From assembly GCA_965195285.1 (NCBI GenBank), contig CBDAFS010000009.1, forward strand, positions 1-64,000: 64,000 nt of DNA. The letters run 5' to 3'. Shown piece by piece: positions 19,457 through 29,194 of this stretch; within the stretch, counting starts at the first letter, position 1; each line of letters opens with the position of its first letter. The notes below the pieces were generated by a model that was not told the DNA's origin, searched no databases, and saw nothing but the letters and a program-made list of their open reading frames with translations. Origin of the DNA: an uncultured Aminicenantes bacterium. Its GTDB lineage: Bacteria > Acidobacteriota > Aminicenantia > UBA2199. Both the position numbers and the translations under genes were made by a program.

Positions 19457-20820
19457 CCAAGATTCTGGTATTAGATGATGATCAGGCCATACTGAATTTC
19501 ATTCGAATTTTTTTATTACAGACGGGAAAGTTTTCGGTAAAAAACTTGCAGGACAGTTCAATGGCCTATAAATATCTGGAAAAGAATGAATTTGATATTT
19601 TACTCCTGGATATGGATATGCCCAATGTGACTGGTTTGGATATCCTACAGTTTATCCAAGAAAACAGTATTGATATCACCACCATTGTATTAACCGGAGT
19701 CGAAGACATTGATCTGGCCATTTCAGCAATGAAATTGGGTACTTTTGATTATTTGTTGAAACCCTTAGAGGAAAAAAAACTTTTATCAGTCCTGGATTCT
19801 GCTATTGACAAAATAGGAATTAAAAAAATTGAAGACGAACCCTCTCTTTCATTCAGTATCGATAGTCTCAAGCATAAAGAGGCATTTAAAAAAATTATCA
19901 CCCAGAATGAAGAGGTTATAAAAACTTTCCATATTGTGGAGAAATTTGCCGAAACGGATAATTCAGTACTGATTTGGGGAGAAAGTGGTACCGGAAAAGA
20001 ATTGATTGCCCAGGCAATTCACAAAATAAGTGGCAGAAGTGAAAAAAAGTTTGTGGCAGTAAACTCCGGTGCTTTTGCCAACGAGTTGTTTGTTTCTGAA
20101 TTTTTCGGGCACTCAAAGGGATCTTTTACCGGTGCTTTAGCCGATAAAAAGGGTTTTCTGGAAGATGCCAATGGCGGGACATTGTTTTTGGATGAGATTG
20201 GGGAATTGTCCATACCCATTCAGGTCAAACTCCTAAGGGTATTACAGGAAGGGGAATTTTACCGGCTGGGTTCAACCCAAAACCTCAAAGTTGATGTTCG
20301 GATTATTGTCGCAACCAATAAAAATTTGTTTGAAGAAATCAAAAAGGGAAATTTTCGGAAGGATCTGTTTTTCCGGCTGAATATAAACTCTGTTTATTTG
20401 CCTCCTCTCAGGGACAGGAAAGAGGATATCCCTTTGCTGGCCAGTTATTTCCTGAAGGAATTCAATAAAAAATATAAGAAAAGTATTACCAAAATTTCAC
20501 AACCGGTTTTAAATCTATTGAGGAATTATCATTTCCCCGGAAATATCAGGGAACTCATGAACCTAATTAACAGTGCCATTATTGTTGAGTCGAACCATGA
20601 ATTGCGACGTAAATCCCTTCCCCATTATTTTCTGACCAACAATCATATCCCGGGAGAGTTGGTTGGTGAAATAGATTCGCGATCTTTGCTGGAAGTGGAA
20701 CGAGAGCATATAAACAAAGTCTTAAAATTAACCTCCATGAACAAAACCAAGGCAGCAAAAATTCTGGGAATATCCAGAGTCAATCTGATTTCGAAGATAA
20801 AAAAGTATAATTTAGAGTAG
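19453..20820 (+). CDS. sigma54-dependent response regulator (NtrC family)
   Basis: REC domain, GESGTGKE, GSFTGA, LFLDEIG, C-terminal Fis HTH. Confidence 0.95.
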   Translation: MTKILVLDDDQAILNFIRIFLLQTGKFSVKNLQDSSMAYKYLEKNEFDILLLDMDMPNVTGLDILQFIQENSIDITTIVLTGVEDIDLAISAMKLGTFDYLLKPLEEKKLLSVLDSAIDKIGIKKIEDEPSLSFSIDSLKHKEAFKKIITQNEEVIKTFHIVEKFAETDNSVLIWGESGTGKELIAQAIHKISGRSEKKFVAVNSGAFANELFVSEFFGHSKGSFTGALADKKGFLEDANGGTLFLDEIGELSIPIQVKLLRVLQEGEFYRLGSTQNLKVDVRIIVATNKNLFEEIKKGNFRKDLFFRLNINSVYLPPLRDRKEDIPLLASYFLKEFNKKYKKSITKISQPVLNLLRNYHFPGNIRELMNLINSAIIVESNHELRRKSLPHYFLTNNHIPGELVGEIDSRSLLEVEREHINKVLKLTSMNKTKAAKILGISRVNLISKIKKYNLE

Positions 20821-20863
20821 TGGAAACAGGATTTATATCAGGGAATCAGAGGATAAATTGATT

Positions 20864-21790
20864 ATGGAAAATCAGGCAGGGACGCTTTACAGTCAATCAC
20901 CCATCCGGTCGAGTAAAAAAAAGAAATCATTTTTGGTTTTGATGGTGAGCCTGCTTATACTGATTGTCATTCGTTTTCTCAATTTTTCTTTCATCTGGCA
21001 AATGACCAAATTGGAATTAAAGAGTAATCCTCTGGTTGAGCCCAAAAACTATTTTTTTATGGGCCTGTCTTCCTATGAACAGGCCAGACAGAGGTTGTTG
21101 AAATATTCGGATACCCGGGCCAGATCTTTGGCTGTTGTCTCATATTATACATTTCTTAATCCGGTGGTTTTTTTAATTTCAAATTCAGGACCGAATACAT
21201 TTGTGGAACTTGGCCGGCTGGCGGTTCTGGTTGAATCGGGCCTGACCTGGGTAAAATTATTGCCCCAGGATGTGATAGAAATACAGCGGGGAGATACCCT
21301 TCAGGTAAAATTCTTTGGCACGGCATTACTGTCCTTCCTTTTGGATTCCTCAGGAACGAAACATTCATTGGATTCAAAAGTACAGGTGATGTTAGGTAAA
21401 TCGATTTCGTATGTGGATAATTTGCTGGAATCGACCCGATTTCTGAAAATACCCTTCATGGTCTATTTTTATCTCCCCTTGTTCTTGATATTGTGGTTGT
21501 CCATACTTTACGGAAAGGGTTTCTACCTGGGATTTTTATACTATTTTGGGCTCTTCTTATTTTTTGATTTTAAAAAAACATTGTTTGTCATCCCATTTTT
21601 CTGGTTGTTTGAACTGCTGGGTATTGAAATTTCAGGTTGGTTCTCGCTGCTGATGGGAATTGGAATAACCTTGATTTTCCTAATCCTGACTGCTGTTGGT
21701 GTCATCCATTGGAAAAACTTCAAAAAGAGCTTCTGGAGCAGGCTCTGGCTCCTGGTTTTCATTTTACTGCCTGTTTGCTTGAGGTTTTGA
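20864..21790 (+). CDS. hypothetical membrane protein
   Basis: One N-terminal and about five C-terminal hydrophobic segments; GAGG RBS. Confidence 0.6.
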   Translation: MENQAGTLYSQSPIRSSKKKKSFLVLMVSLLILIVIRFLNFSFIWQMTKLELKSNPLVEPKNYFFMGLSSYEQARQRLLKYSDTRARSLAVVSYYTFLNPVVFLISNSGPNTFVELGRLAVLVESGLTWVKLLPQDVIEIQRGDTLQVKFFGTALLSFLLDSSGTKHSLDSKVQVMLGKSISYVDNLLESTRFLKIPFMVYFYLPLFLILWLSILYGKGFYLGFLYYFGLFLFFDFKKTLFVIPFFWLFELLGIEISGWFSLLMGIGITLIFLILTAVGVIHWKNFKKSFWSRLWLLVFILLPVCLRF

Positions 21791-21932
21791 TTGGATGTTT
21801 GATGAGATTCCCTTTTTTAAGATCAGAAGCGATTTTTAAATCCAGTTGAATTTCAATCTTCATTGTAGTATATATATGAACAGATTGGGTATGAGACCTG
21901 TAAAAAATCGGTAAAATGTTGGATGATCAGCT

Positions 21933-22199
21933 ATGAAAAATACTTTATATCCTGAAATTATTTATGGAGCCTTTGAAAGGTACGGTTTCCCTGTTTTACG
22001 TATAGATCATTTTGACCGGGGAGATTACGCTGAAATCCGAGCGGAGTTGGATTATCCGGGTTTTCTCTCGGTCAAGCAATTGCAGGAAATAACCATGAAA
22101 CTGAACCTGATGGAAAAGAACGAAGGTATTCAAATTCAGATTGTCAATGTCGACATGATTCATAAAACCATGCGGGTAAATATTTCGATAAAAGCATAG
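21933..22199 (+). CDS. small hypothetical protein
   Basis: Fills the intergenic gap; normal composition. Confidence 0.55.
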   Translation: MKNTLYPEIIYGAFERYGFPVLRIDHFDRGDYAEIRAELDYPGFLSVKQLQEITMKLNLMEKNEGIQIQIVNVDMIHKTMRVNISIKA

Positions 22200-22282
22200 C
22201 CAATTAATCATTTTTAAATTTCAATGGTATGGATTTTTTTTTTGCTTATATTATAATGGCTTTATAAAGAGCGAGTTCTTTC

Positions 22283-23803
22283 ATGTTTATCTTAAACGAA
22301 ACGTCTTGGGTAAAATGTCTGGCCACTATGATGGCCTTTACTCTTTTTTCATTACCGCTTCTGCCTGATTCAAGAGCGAGAATTGATCTAAACCAAGCTT
22401 ACTGGGATGCTGATTTCGTTCAAATTGTTGATTGTTTTCAGAAAAGAAAATATCAATCCCTATCACTGGATGAAAAGCTCTTGTTTATCGAATGCCTGGC
22501 CAGAACCGGGCGGAATAACCTGGCAGGAGAAAAAATAAAGCAGTTGGATATTGAACAATCCCACCGAAGCAGGATATATGCCTGTGCCGGATGGGTTTTT
22601 CTTTCCTCAGGCTATCTGGACAAAGCGGAGGATATTCTCGATAAATCTCTGGAATTGGATGGCAATACCCCGAATGCCATGCTGGCCAAAATGTTATTGC
22701 TTCTCTATCTGAAGCAGTATGAAAAGTCAGAAAAGTTGTTTGATCATTTTCTAAAAAGCAATCCCAATTTGGTCCATTCCTTTCAGGTTTTTTTGATCGG
22801 GGTGGAAATTTTCTATGCGGTGGGAAACCTGCCCAAAATGTTCAACTGGTATAATCAGCGGGCCAAATGGATGAAGAAGAGTGATAAACAGACCGCTGCA
22901 AATTTAAAGGCCAGTGCACGCCTCTATAAAAGCATCAGGAAAGAGAAGTTATTTGAAACCACCACGGAAGCCGATACCGTTACCTTTCCTTTTGCCGGAA
23001 CACCAGACAACAATTATTTTTTTATCAATTTCAGAACGGGTAAAAGTAGGCCATTCAGGATTATACTGGATACCGGAAATGCCACCGGATGGATGATCCA
23101 TGATCGGGAGTTATATGATAATTTGAAGTTGAAGATCGGTGGAAGAACAACAGCCATTATCGGAACCGAGACTCAGGCCCTTGATGGATATCGTGTTTAT
23201 ACCGAATTGTTGGATTTTGAGTCGTTTCAGCTACATCATTTGATCGGTTTTTATATCCCCAAGCCCCGACCTGATTTTTTTGATGGGAATTTGAACCCGA
23301 TTTTTATCCGCAACAGGGTCATATCCCTGGATGGAAAGAAAAGGCAACTGGTTTTAAGGACGAAGGCTGCCTTTGACTGTTATCTTGCCAATTTGAGGCC
23401 TGAAGAATATGCCAGGTTACCCTGGTATGGGTATGAACAGGTTTTTCTCCCGGTATTGGTGAACCAGAAAATGAATGGCTTGGGGATCATTGAGACCGGC
23501 GCAGAGGACATTGCGGTTAAACTGAGTTTTGCCCGGATTCTCCGTTTACCGCTGAAACCCAAAATAAGATATCTTTCCAATGGCAAAGTATACCGTTTCT
23601 TTGAAGCCCCGATATCTGTCTCGCTGGGCCAGTGGCGATTTGATAGAAAGAATATTGAAGTATGGTCTTTTGAAAGATTTTACCGCCGGCTCTCCGGCTT
23701 AACTGCTGATGTGATTTTAGGACCACAGGTGTTCAAGGAAAATTGGATTGTCTCTTTTGATCCTTTTTCCAGGCAAGTTTATATAGAAGGTCCCGGAACT
23801 TAA
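22283..23803 (+). CDS. exported TPR protein with retropepsin-like aspartyl protease domains
   Basis: Signal-like N-terminus, helical TPR-like region, IILDTGN and IIETGA, ADVILG. Confidence 0.65.
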   Translation: MFILNETSWVKCLATMMAFTLFSLPLLPDSRARIDLNQAYWDADFVQIVDCFQKRKYQSLSLDEKLLFIECLARTGRNNLAGEKIKQLDIEQSHRSRIYACAGWVFLSSGYLDKAEDILDKSLELDGNTPNAMLAKMLLLLYLKQYEKSEKLFDHFLKSNPNLVHSFQVFLIGVEIFYAVGNLPKMFNWYNQRAKWMKKSDKQTAANLKASARLYKSIRKEKLFETTTEADTVTFPFAGTPDNNYFFINFRTGKSRPFRIILDTGNATGWMIHDRELYDNLKLKIGGRTTAIIGTETQALDGYRVYTELLDFESFQLHHLIGFYIPKPRPDFFDGNLNPIFIRNRVISLDGKKRQLVLRTKAAFDCYLANLRPEEYARLPWYGYEQVFLPVLVNQKMNGLGIIETGAEDIAVKLSFARILRLPLKPKIRYLSNGKVYRFFEAPISVSLGQWRFDRKNIEVWSFERFYRRLSGLTADVILGPQVFKENWIVSFDPFSRQVYIEGPGT

Positions 23804-23825
23804 TCCCGGCTTTGAGATTTCATAA

Positions 23826-24788
23826 ATGAAACGGTTGATATGCTTTTTTATCTTTATTGGTTTTACCGGTCTGTCCGGGGTTGAGTTATCCTATAACATT
23901 ACTTACCTTGTACAGGGAGAGGTGAGAGGGGCATTCCTATTGGTCATTCCCTACCGGGTCTGTTTTGAGGTCTCGGGTTCTGCCGATTTTAAGGCCTGGG
24001 AAAACAGGTTAAACCAATATGAGTTCACTTTCGACAGGGTCAATAAACCGGGGTATTTATTCAGGAGCCTGGGATTCAGAGCCAGGCATTTTGTGATTGT
24101 GGCCGCCTATCATGAAATGGATGAATTGCTGGTGTTTCTGGTCGACAAACTGAATGGATTGAAAAATCGTAGTCCAGCATACTTTCAACATATGCAGAGG
24201 ACCAGGAAATTACTCATTGAAATTCCGACCGAACAAGCAAATGGAATTCGATTTCGCAGGGATCAATTTGGGAAACATGATCGCTTTTGTTTCAATCTGG
24301 AGTTGAGGCCTACCTTCAATCAACAAAGAGCAAAAATTGATTTCAATGTGTACCGGATCATGATTGAATTTTTAAAGATTTTCAATCATTCTTATCTTCC
24401 GAAAAACGTAAGCAATTTTAATATAAACCAAAAATATGAATGGAAGAGTCAATGGCTGGATTTCAGTGAAAATATAAATCAGGCGGCCTGGTTAATGGCA
24501 ACATTTATAAAGCGATTTATTACTTTTAAGCAAAGATATCCCTTCCGCTTATCTTACCGCCTGAATAGCATGGATGATGTCTTTATTGAAATCTGTGGTG
24601 AGGCCCATCCGGAGGTGAAGGTGTGGGGAGGTTATAAATTAAAGGATTTCTATCGGAAAGTCAGGATTCGAAAAAGTGATCGTGTCCTGGTTGAAGACTC
24701 TGTTTACCTGGTCATTCGGAATCAAAAAGGAATGGGGGGGGATGCCCAGATTATTTTGAAACTGAATCAAGGTGATGATTTACCGTGA
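23826..24788 (+). CDS. exported hypothetical protein
   Basis: MKRLICFFIFIG signal peptide; beta-rich. Confidence 0.6.
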   Translation: MKRLICFFIFIGFTGLSGVELSYNITYLVQGEVRGAFLLVIPYRVCFEVSGSADFKAWENRLNQYEFTFDRVNKPGYLFRSLGFRARHFVIVAAYHEMDELLVFLVDKLNGLKNRSPAYFQHMQRTRKLLIEIPTEQANGIRFRRDQFGKHDRFCFNLELRPTFNQQRAKIDFNVYRIMIEFLKIFNHSYLPKNVSNFNINQKYEWKSQWLDFSENINQAAWLMATFIKRFITFKQRYPFRLSYRLNSMDDVFIEICGEAHPEVKVWGGYKLKDFYRKVRIRKSDRVLVEDSVYLVIRNQKGMGGDAQIILKLNQGDDLP

Positions 24789-24794
24789 ATGAAT

Positions 24795-25667
24795 TTACTC
24801 GGCTTTATGCCCGGGTTGAACAATGGCATGGTCCTTTTCAAATTTTTCCAAAACTTGAATTTCTCGGCTGGCTTCCTGTAAGACAGAAAGTATTTTTTTC
24901 CACTTTGCGCAGGTATCTTTTTGATGGACGGCCCAGGCAATGCACATATGAAAATGGGGGCAGGCAAGACATTTGGGATGGGCTTCGGGCAGGGATTTAA
25001 AAAACGATTCCAGGGGGGATCGATTCCCCTGTTTTAGAAATGCCTTGGACTGATGCTGGACGAGATACAGATATGTTCGGTTTTTGAGGTTTTCCGTATC
25101 TTCAGACAGGCCCTCGCCATCACTGTAATAAAACAAATCCGGATTGGTCAGATTCATATTCCAGAGGGTTTTGGTTTTTTGCAGCAATTTCGATATCAAT
25201 ATGGAATGAAAGGGTTCAATCGGGACTTCCAGATTTCGGTTATGCAAATAATAATCCAGGATTTCCAGTGAAGTGTTAAAATCGATAGTCTCGATAATCG
25301 GAATAAGATCAACGATTAAACCCATTGAAGAGATTATTGAAATATCTTCCAGTTTTCTGATTGGATAGCCGGGACAAATTAAATATTTTTTTTCTTTCAG
25401 GGGTTTTGATATTTTGATGATTTCTTTTTTGTTTTTGGGAAAGATTTTAACCAGTTGTTTGTCCACATTCTTTATCTTCAGTGATTCGTTGATTTCCCCG
25501 GTGAAGTTAATTTGCACGATCTTTTCCCCATACTTTTCATTCATGGCATTAATCAACTGGATATTGTCATTGATAAATACTATTTGTTTTACTAATGGAA
25601 AATCAAACAATCTGGATTCCCTGAGCACAAAAAATTTTCCATCGAAATTACTTTGCTTAGGCGACAT
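24795..25667 (-). CDS. radical SAM-associated hypothetical protein with SPASM-like Cys tail
   Basis: GAGGT RBS before ATG 25667; C-terminal CLAC..HMC..DTC; no CxxxCxxC. Confidence 0.65.
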   Translation of the reverse strand: MSPKQSNFDGKFFVLRESRLFDFPLVKQIVFINDNIQLINAMNEKYGEKIVQINFTGEINESLKIKNVDKQLVKIFPKNKKEIIKISKPLKEKKYLICPGYPIRKLEDISIISSMGLIVDLIPIIETIDFNTSLEILDYYLHNRNLEVPIEPFHSILISKLLQKTKTLWNMNLTNPDLFYYSDGEGLSEDTENLKNRTYLYLVQHQSKAFLKQGNRSPLESFFKSLPEAHPKCLACPHFHMCIAWAVHQKDTCAKWKKILSVLQEASREIQVLEKFEKDHAIVQPGHKAE

Positions 25668-26784
25668 TTCTGGGTACCTCATATATGGTATTGAAAAATT
25701 TCTTTCTGGACACACAAAAATTTGTTTTATTATATATGCTGTGGTAATTAATAACGGCATCCATCGGGCAACCCCCATGGCAATAATTCCACCATTTACA
25801 GCCTTTACAGTGGGTATGCAGCAAATAGGTGGTGCGATTCAGCATTCTTTGCCTGGCGGGATTCAATATAATATCCTGAAAGCTGTTTTCATGGATATTC
25901 CCGTATTGTTCATATTTTCGGTCTATCCCTCTGCCACAGCTGTAAAGGGTGCCATCGGTATCAATTCCCAGATGGGAGGTGGCGCACCTTCCGGAAAAAT
26001 CACAGCTTAGTCGTGAAGAACCATGGAGATGATAGTCATCAAATTCTTTCAATGGTACCCAGCGGGGTTTCTTATCCAGTTTTTCCCACTGCCGATATAA
26101 TCGGATTAGAAAGCTTCCCCACTCTACCGGGGTAATATACAGGTCCCGGCATTTATCTCCGATCACGGCCCTTCCTTCCCGGTATAGTGGATTAAATCGG
26201 ATCCCGATTCCTGAAAACCGGTTTGAAAACAAATCCACTATATAATCAAAATTTTTCAGGGCGAGTTTGTGAACCACAAAAAGGATACCAAAGGGGATAT
26301 TCTCCTTTTTCAGAAGTCGTATAGATTGCTCCCATAGGGTGTTGTAATCGTTGTTTTTGGTAATCCTGATGTTGGGAAAGGGATCATATGAAGTGCCGAT
26401 TCTTCCAATCTCTCCGTTTTCATCGGTAAGCAGAACTTTTAGCATTTTAACCCTTTCCTCATTCAAATTTAGCAGGTTGCTCTGGATCAGATTGTGAATG
26501 GGAAGCTGGTATGTTCTCCAGATCCGGTCTTCCAGTTCAATGGCCTTGGAGAAAAATTCCATGGGCATTAAGGTAGGTTCCCCTCCATGCCAGATTATCT
26601 TTATGTCTTCCAGTTGTTTTGAAGTGGCTGCCCATTCTTCCAACCGTTCAAACATCTTTTCCAACGTGTCAATACTCATTATTTTACGGGGGCCATCCTG
26701 ATTATAGGCAGAACAATATATACAGCTGGCATTGCACCGGTCTGTGGGCTTGAAAATGATGGTGAGGTTTCTCATGCTATTCAC
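25657..26784 (-). CDS. radical SAM/SPASM protein (anSME/peptide-maturase-like)
   Basis: CNASCIYC, WHGGEP, SPASM C..YSC..CKGCKWWNYCHGGC..FC. Confidence 0.92.
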   Translation of the reverse strand: MNSMRNLTIIFKPTDRCNASCIYCSAYNQDGPRKIMSIDTLEKMFERLEEWAATSKQLEDIKIIWHGGEPTLMPMEFFSKAIELEDRIWRTYQLPIHNLIQSNLLNLNEERVKMLKVLLTDENGEIGRIGTSYDPFPNIRITKNNDYNTLWEQSIRLLKKENIPFGILFVVHKLALKNFDYIVDLFSNRFSGIGIRFNPLYREGRAVIGDKCRDLYITPVEWGSFLIRLYRQWEKLDKKPRWVPLKEFDDYHLHGSSRLSCDFSGRCATSHLGIDTDGTLYSCGRGIDRKYEQYGNIHENSFQDIILNPARQRMLNRTTYLLHTHCKGCKWWNYCHGGCPMDAVINYHSIYNKTNFCVSRKKFFNTIYEVPRNVA

Positions 26785-27765
26785 TCACAATACCGGTTCC
26801 GCGGAAGAGGGGTTGCCGGACAGATAGTGTCCCTTACAACCGCCGTCACATCTTCCGCTTTTCCGGTACGGACAGTTTTTACATTCAGGGTAAATTCCCT
26901 TCTGATGGTCCTCCTTTGAGATTAATGTTTCAAAATGGTTGTATATTTGGGAGACCGATTTAAAATCCGTTAGTTTCAAACTATTGTATTCAGACAGTGG
27001 ATAACAATAGATGACATTCAGATCCGGATCTATGTCCAAAACAGGATCACAAACGAATAATAGTTGAACTTTATTTTTATATAGTTTCCCGATGGCCTCA
27101 TCGGAAAAGATGCACAGGGGAAAGCCACAATCGAACCCGAATTTAATGGAATCTTTCTGACAGCGATCAGAGAGGCTCAAAATTTTTTTAGCAATATGGG
27201 GATAACTGTTCAGGGGCAGGAATTTATTTTGTCTCCCAACGATGGGTGCTGCCAGGCCCAGGCGGATTTGGGGCATGAGCCGGAATTCCTGTATCAAATT
27301 CGTCAGAAATTCCAGGTTGCAGCTTTCTTCGAAAATATTAAAGGACAATCCGCAGTACTTGTTTAAATTTGTAAAGGTGTTTTTCTGCATTTTTATTTCT
27401 TGGGGTGTCCGGTATTTTGGCTCATTCACATTGACAATAAATCTCAATTTGTTGAAATCCAATTCCCATTCATCGATGATTTCCTTGATGCCATCAATCA
27501 CACCCGGTTTTATTATCCCGTTGGAAAATACGGTAATATTGAATCCCCTGGAAGTAATATATTGCAGAAACAGGGTGAATTCAGGATGAAGGGTGGGTTC
27601 CCCACCCAGTACACTTACATTCTTGATATGGGATTGTACCAGGAAATCGCAGATAGTGACCAGATTATCCAGGGACAGCTGTTTGTAAGGTCCTTCATTT
27701 TTTTTTTTTGCAAAACAGTAAATGCAGTTTCGATTACAGTATGAATTAAAAATGATATTAGGCAT
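26785..27765 (-). CDS. radical SAM/SPASM protein
   Basis: CNRNCIYC, GGEPTLHP, DCGFPLC, VC..YCYP, CKNC..RCDGGC. Confidence 0.92.
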   Translation of the reverse strand: MPNIIFNSYCNRNCIYCFAKKKNEGPYKQLSLDNLVTICDFLVQSHIKNVSVLGGEPTLHPEFTLFLQYITSRGFNITVFSNGIIKPGVIDGIKEIIDEWELDFNKLRFIVNVNEPKYRTPQEIKMQKNTFTNLNKYCGLSFNIFEESCNLEFLTNLIQEFRLMPQIRLGLAAPIVGRQNKFLPLNSYPHIAKKILSLSDRCQKDSIKFGFDCGFPLCIFSDEAIGKLYKNKVQLLFVCDPVLDIDPDLNVIYCYPLSEYNSLKLTDFKSVSQIYNHFETLISKEDHQKGIYPECKNCPYRKSGRCDGGCKGHYLSGNPSSAEPVL

Positions 27766-27794
27766 AAATAATCATCCTGATTTGAATACCGGTT

Positions 27795-28226
27795 CTAATC
27801 GGATTTTTCCTCTTTGTCTGTATTTTTCTTTTTTTTCTGGGGTTTTATTTTGGCATTTTTTTTATAAATGAACTTTTCCTTGATCCTCACATGTTCACCG
27901 TCATTGGAAAAGGTGATTGTTCTGGAAAGTTCATTTTCCGAATTAATGGATTTCAAAATGGTTTTATATGGCGGCGGGGCATATTCCAGTTGAATGACTA
28001 CGGCGTGATCAATTTCAAATTCGTGGGTTTTTTTGGGTTTGAGAAAATGGGCGTTTATCAATGATTCTTGGCTGTATAGGTGAATGGAAATGGGGAAACG
28101 AGAATTGTTGATAAATTTCATTTTGACCGGCGGGAATTCTTGGGGTGAATCAGAAGTGTTGAGCATTTTGGGAAAATACAGGCTTAGAATAATTAATAGA
28201 AAAACCAATCGATAGTTGGGTTTCAT
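27795..28226 (-). CDS. small exported hypothetical protein with Lys-rich tail
   Basis: GAGG RBS before ATG 28226; MKPNYRLVFLLIILSL signal-like start. Confidence 0.55.
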   Translation of the reverse strand: MKPNYRLVFLLIILSLYFPKMLNTSDSPQEFPPVKMKFINNSRFPISIHLYSQESLINAHFLKPKKTHEFEIDHAVVIQLEYAPPPYKTILKSINSENELSRTITFSNDGEHVRIKEKFIYKKNAKIKPQKKKKNTDKEEKSD

Positions 28227-28311
28227 GTCATCTTTCCTCAATAGAGAAAAATAATACAAACCGGGGTAAATGTCAAATGAATCGGGTATAGATACGGGGA
28301 TATCCGGACTT

Positions 28312-29004
28312 TTATTTTAGTAGCAGGAAATTATAGATTCGCTTTTTTGACTGTCCGTCTCTCCGGAATGAAGGGAAACGGTTCTGTTCGCAAAAATTGC
28401 ATATTCTTGAATCAATAATCCGTTGGGGTGCCACCCCAGAATCGAATAACGATAGGGTTAATGCCTTTTTTAAATCCAGATGTAGTTGGCCCTTGCTATT
28501 TCTTGAAAATGCCTGATCTCGGAATGAATGGTTGTTGAATAATGCATGGATTTCAGGTCCTACCGGGTAACAATTCTGTTCGATTGCCGGACCGATATGA
28601 AACCACAGGTTTTCTTTTTTTGTCCGGGTATTGCTCAGGATCTGCAGGAGTCCGGTTTCAATTCTTTGGTATAATCCCATCCAACCTATATGGACTATCC
28701 CCCCCATCTGATAATTTTCGTCCCAGAAGGTTAACGGAATACAATCCGCAGTTTTTATCAATACAAGGTGATTTCGTTGATTCAGGATTATTCCATCACC
28801 GGAGGCTCCCGGTTTTATTTGGTCTGAATACAGTATGATACCGGAATGGATCTGCTTCAGCTGGATAACCGGAAGCTTATTGAAATATTCGTCCAGATCT
28901 TTGAGAGAAAATTCCTTCTCTGTAAAACCGAATGCCAGTCGGTTGTTTTCAAAAACATTGAAAAAACGGTTATTCAGTTCTTTTTTTTTGACTTCAAAGG
29001 GCAT
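28312..29004 (-). CDS. pgeF: PgeF/YfiH (laccase-domain, purine nucleoside phosphorylase-like)
   Basis: QIHS, TADC.P, HIGW, IGPAI..CY.VG, FPSFRR. Confidence 0.88.
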   Translation of the reverse strand: MPFEVKKKELNNRFFNVFENNRLAFGFTEKEFSLKDLDEYFNKLPVIQLKQIHSGIILYSDQIKPGASGDGIILNQRNHLVLIKTADCIPLTFWDENYQMGGIVHIGWMGLYQRIETGLLQILSNTRTKKENLWFHIGPAIEQNCYPVGPEIHALFNNHSFRDQAFSRNSKGQLHLDLKKALTLSLFDSGVAPQRIIDSRICNFCEQNRFPSFRRDGQSKKRIYNFLLLK

Positions 29005-29194
29005 GCCTTTTTCATTGTACCCGGGAAAAATCTGTTGTCAAGAAAAGATTCAATTCACTCAGATAGGCGCCTGGAAATATATTGAACTCATGCTTGTGTT
29101 TTATTCAAATCTGTCATAAACTAATAAAATGTTGAAGTTTGAGTTGAACGACGGACTTAAATAAAGAGTTGTTGACCACAACAAGGAGTCAACC

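Noticed and set aside
24785-25000. Short plus-strand ORF as a possible rSAM precursor peptide
   Set aside because: Almost entirely antisense to the 24795-25667 gene, with no leader/core pattern
25414-26010. 198-aa plus-strand ORF (and other long antisense ORFs such as 48095-48772, 12105-12596, 2563-3042)
   Set aside because: Shadows of well-supported genes on the opposite strand, with no motifs or RBS
26788-27794. Repeated AATACCGGTTC near ends of genes in the rSAM cassette
   Set aside because: Explained by genome-wide CCGG enrichment; too short to call a recombination site
29005-29194. TPP riboswitch upstream of thi4
   Set aside because: Conserved core sequence not visible
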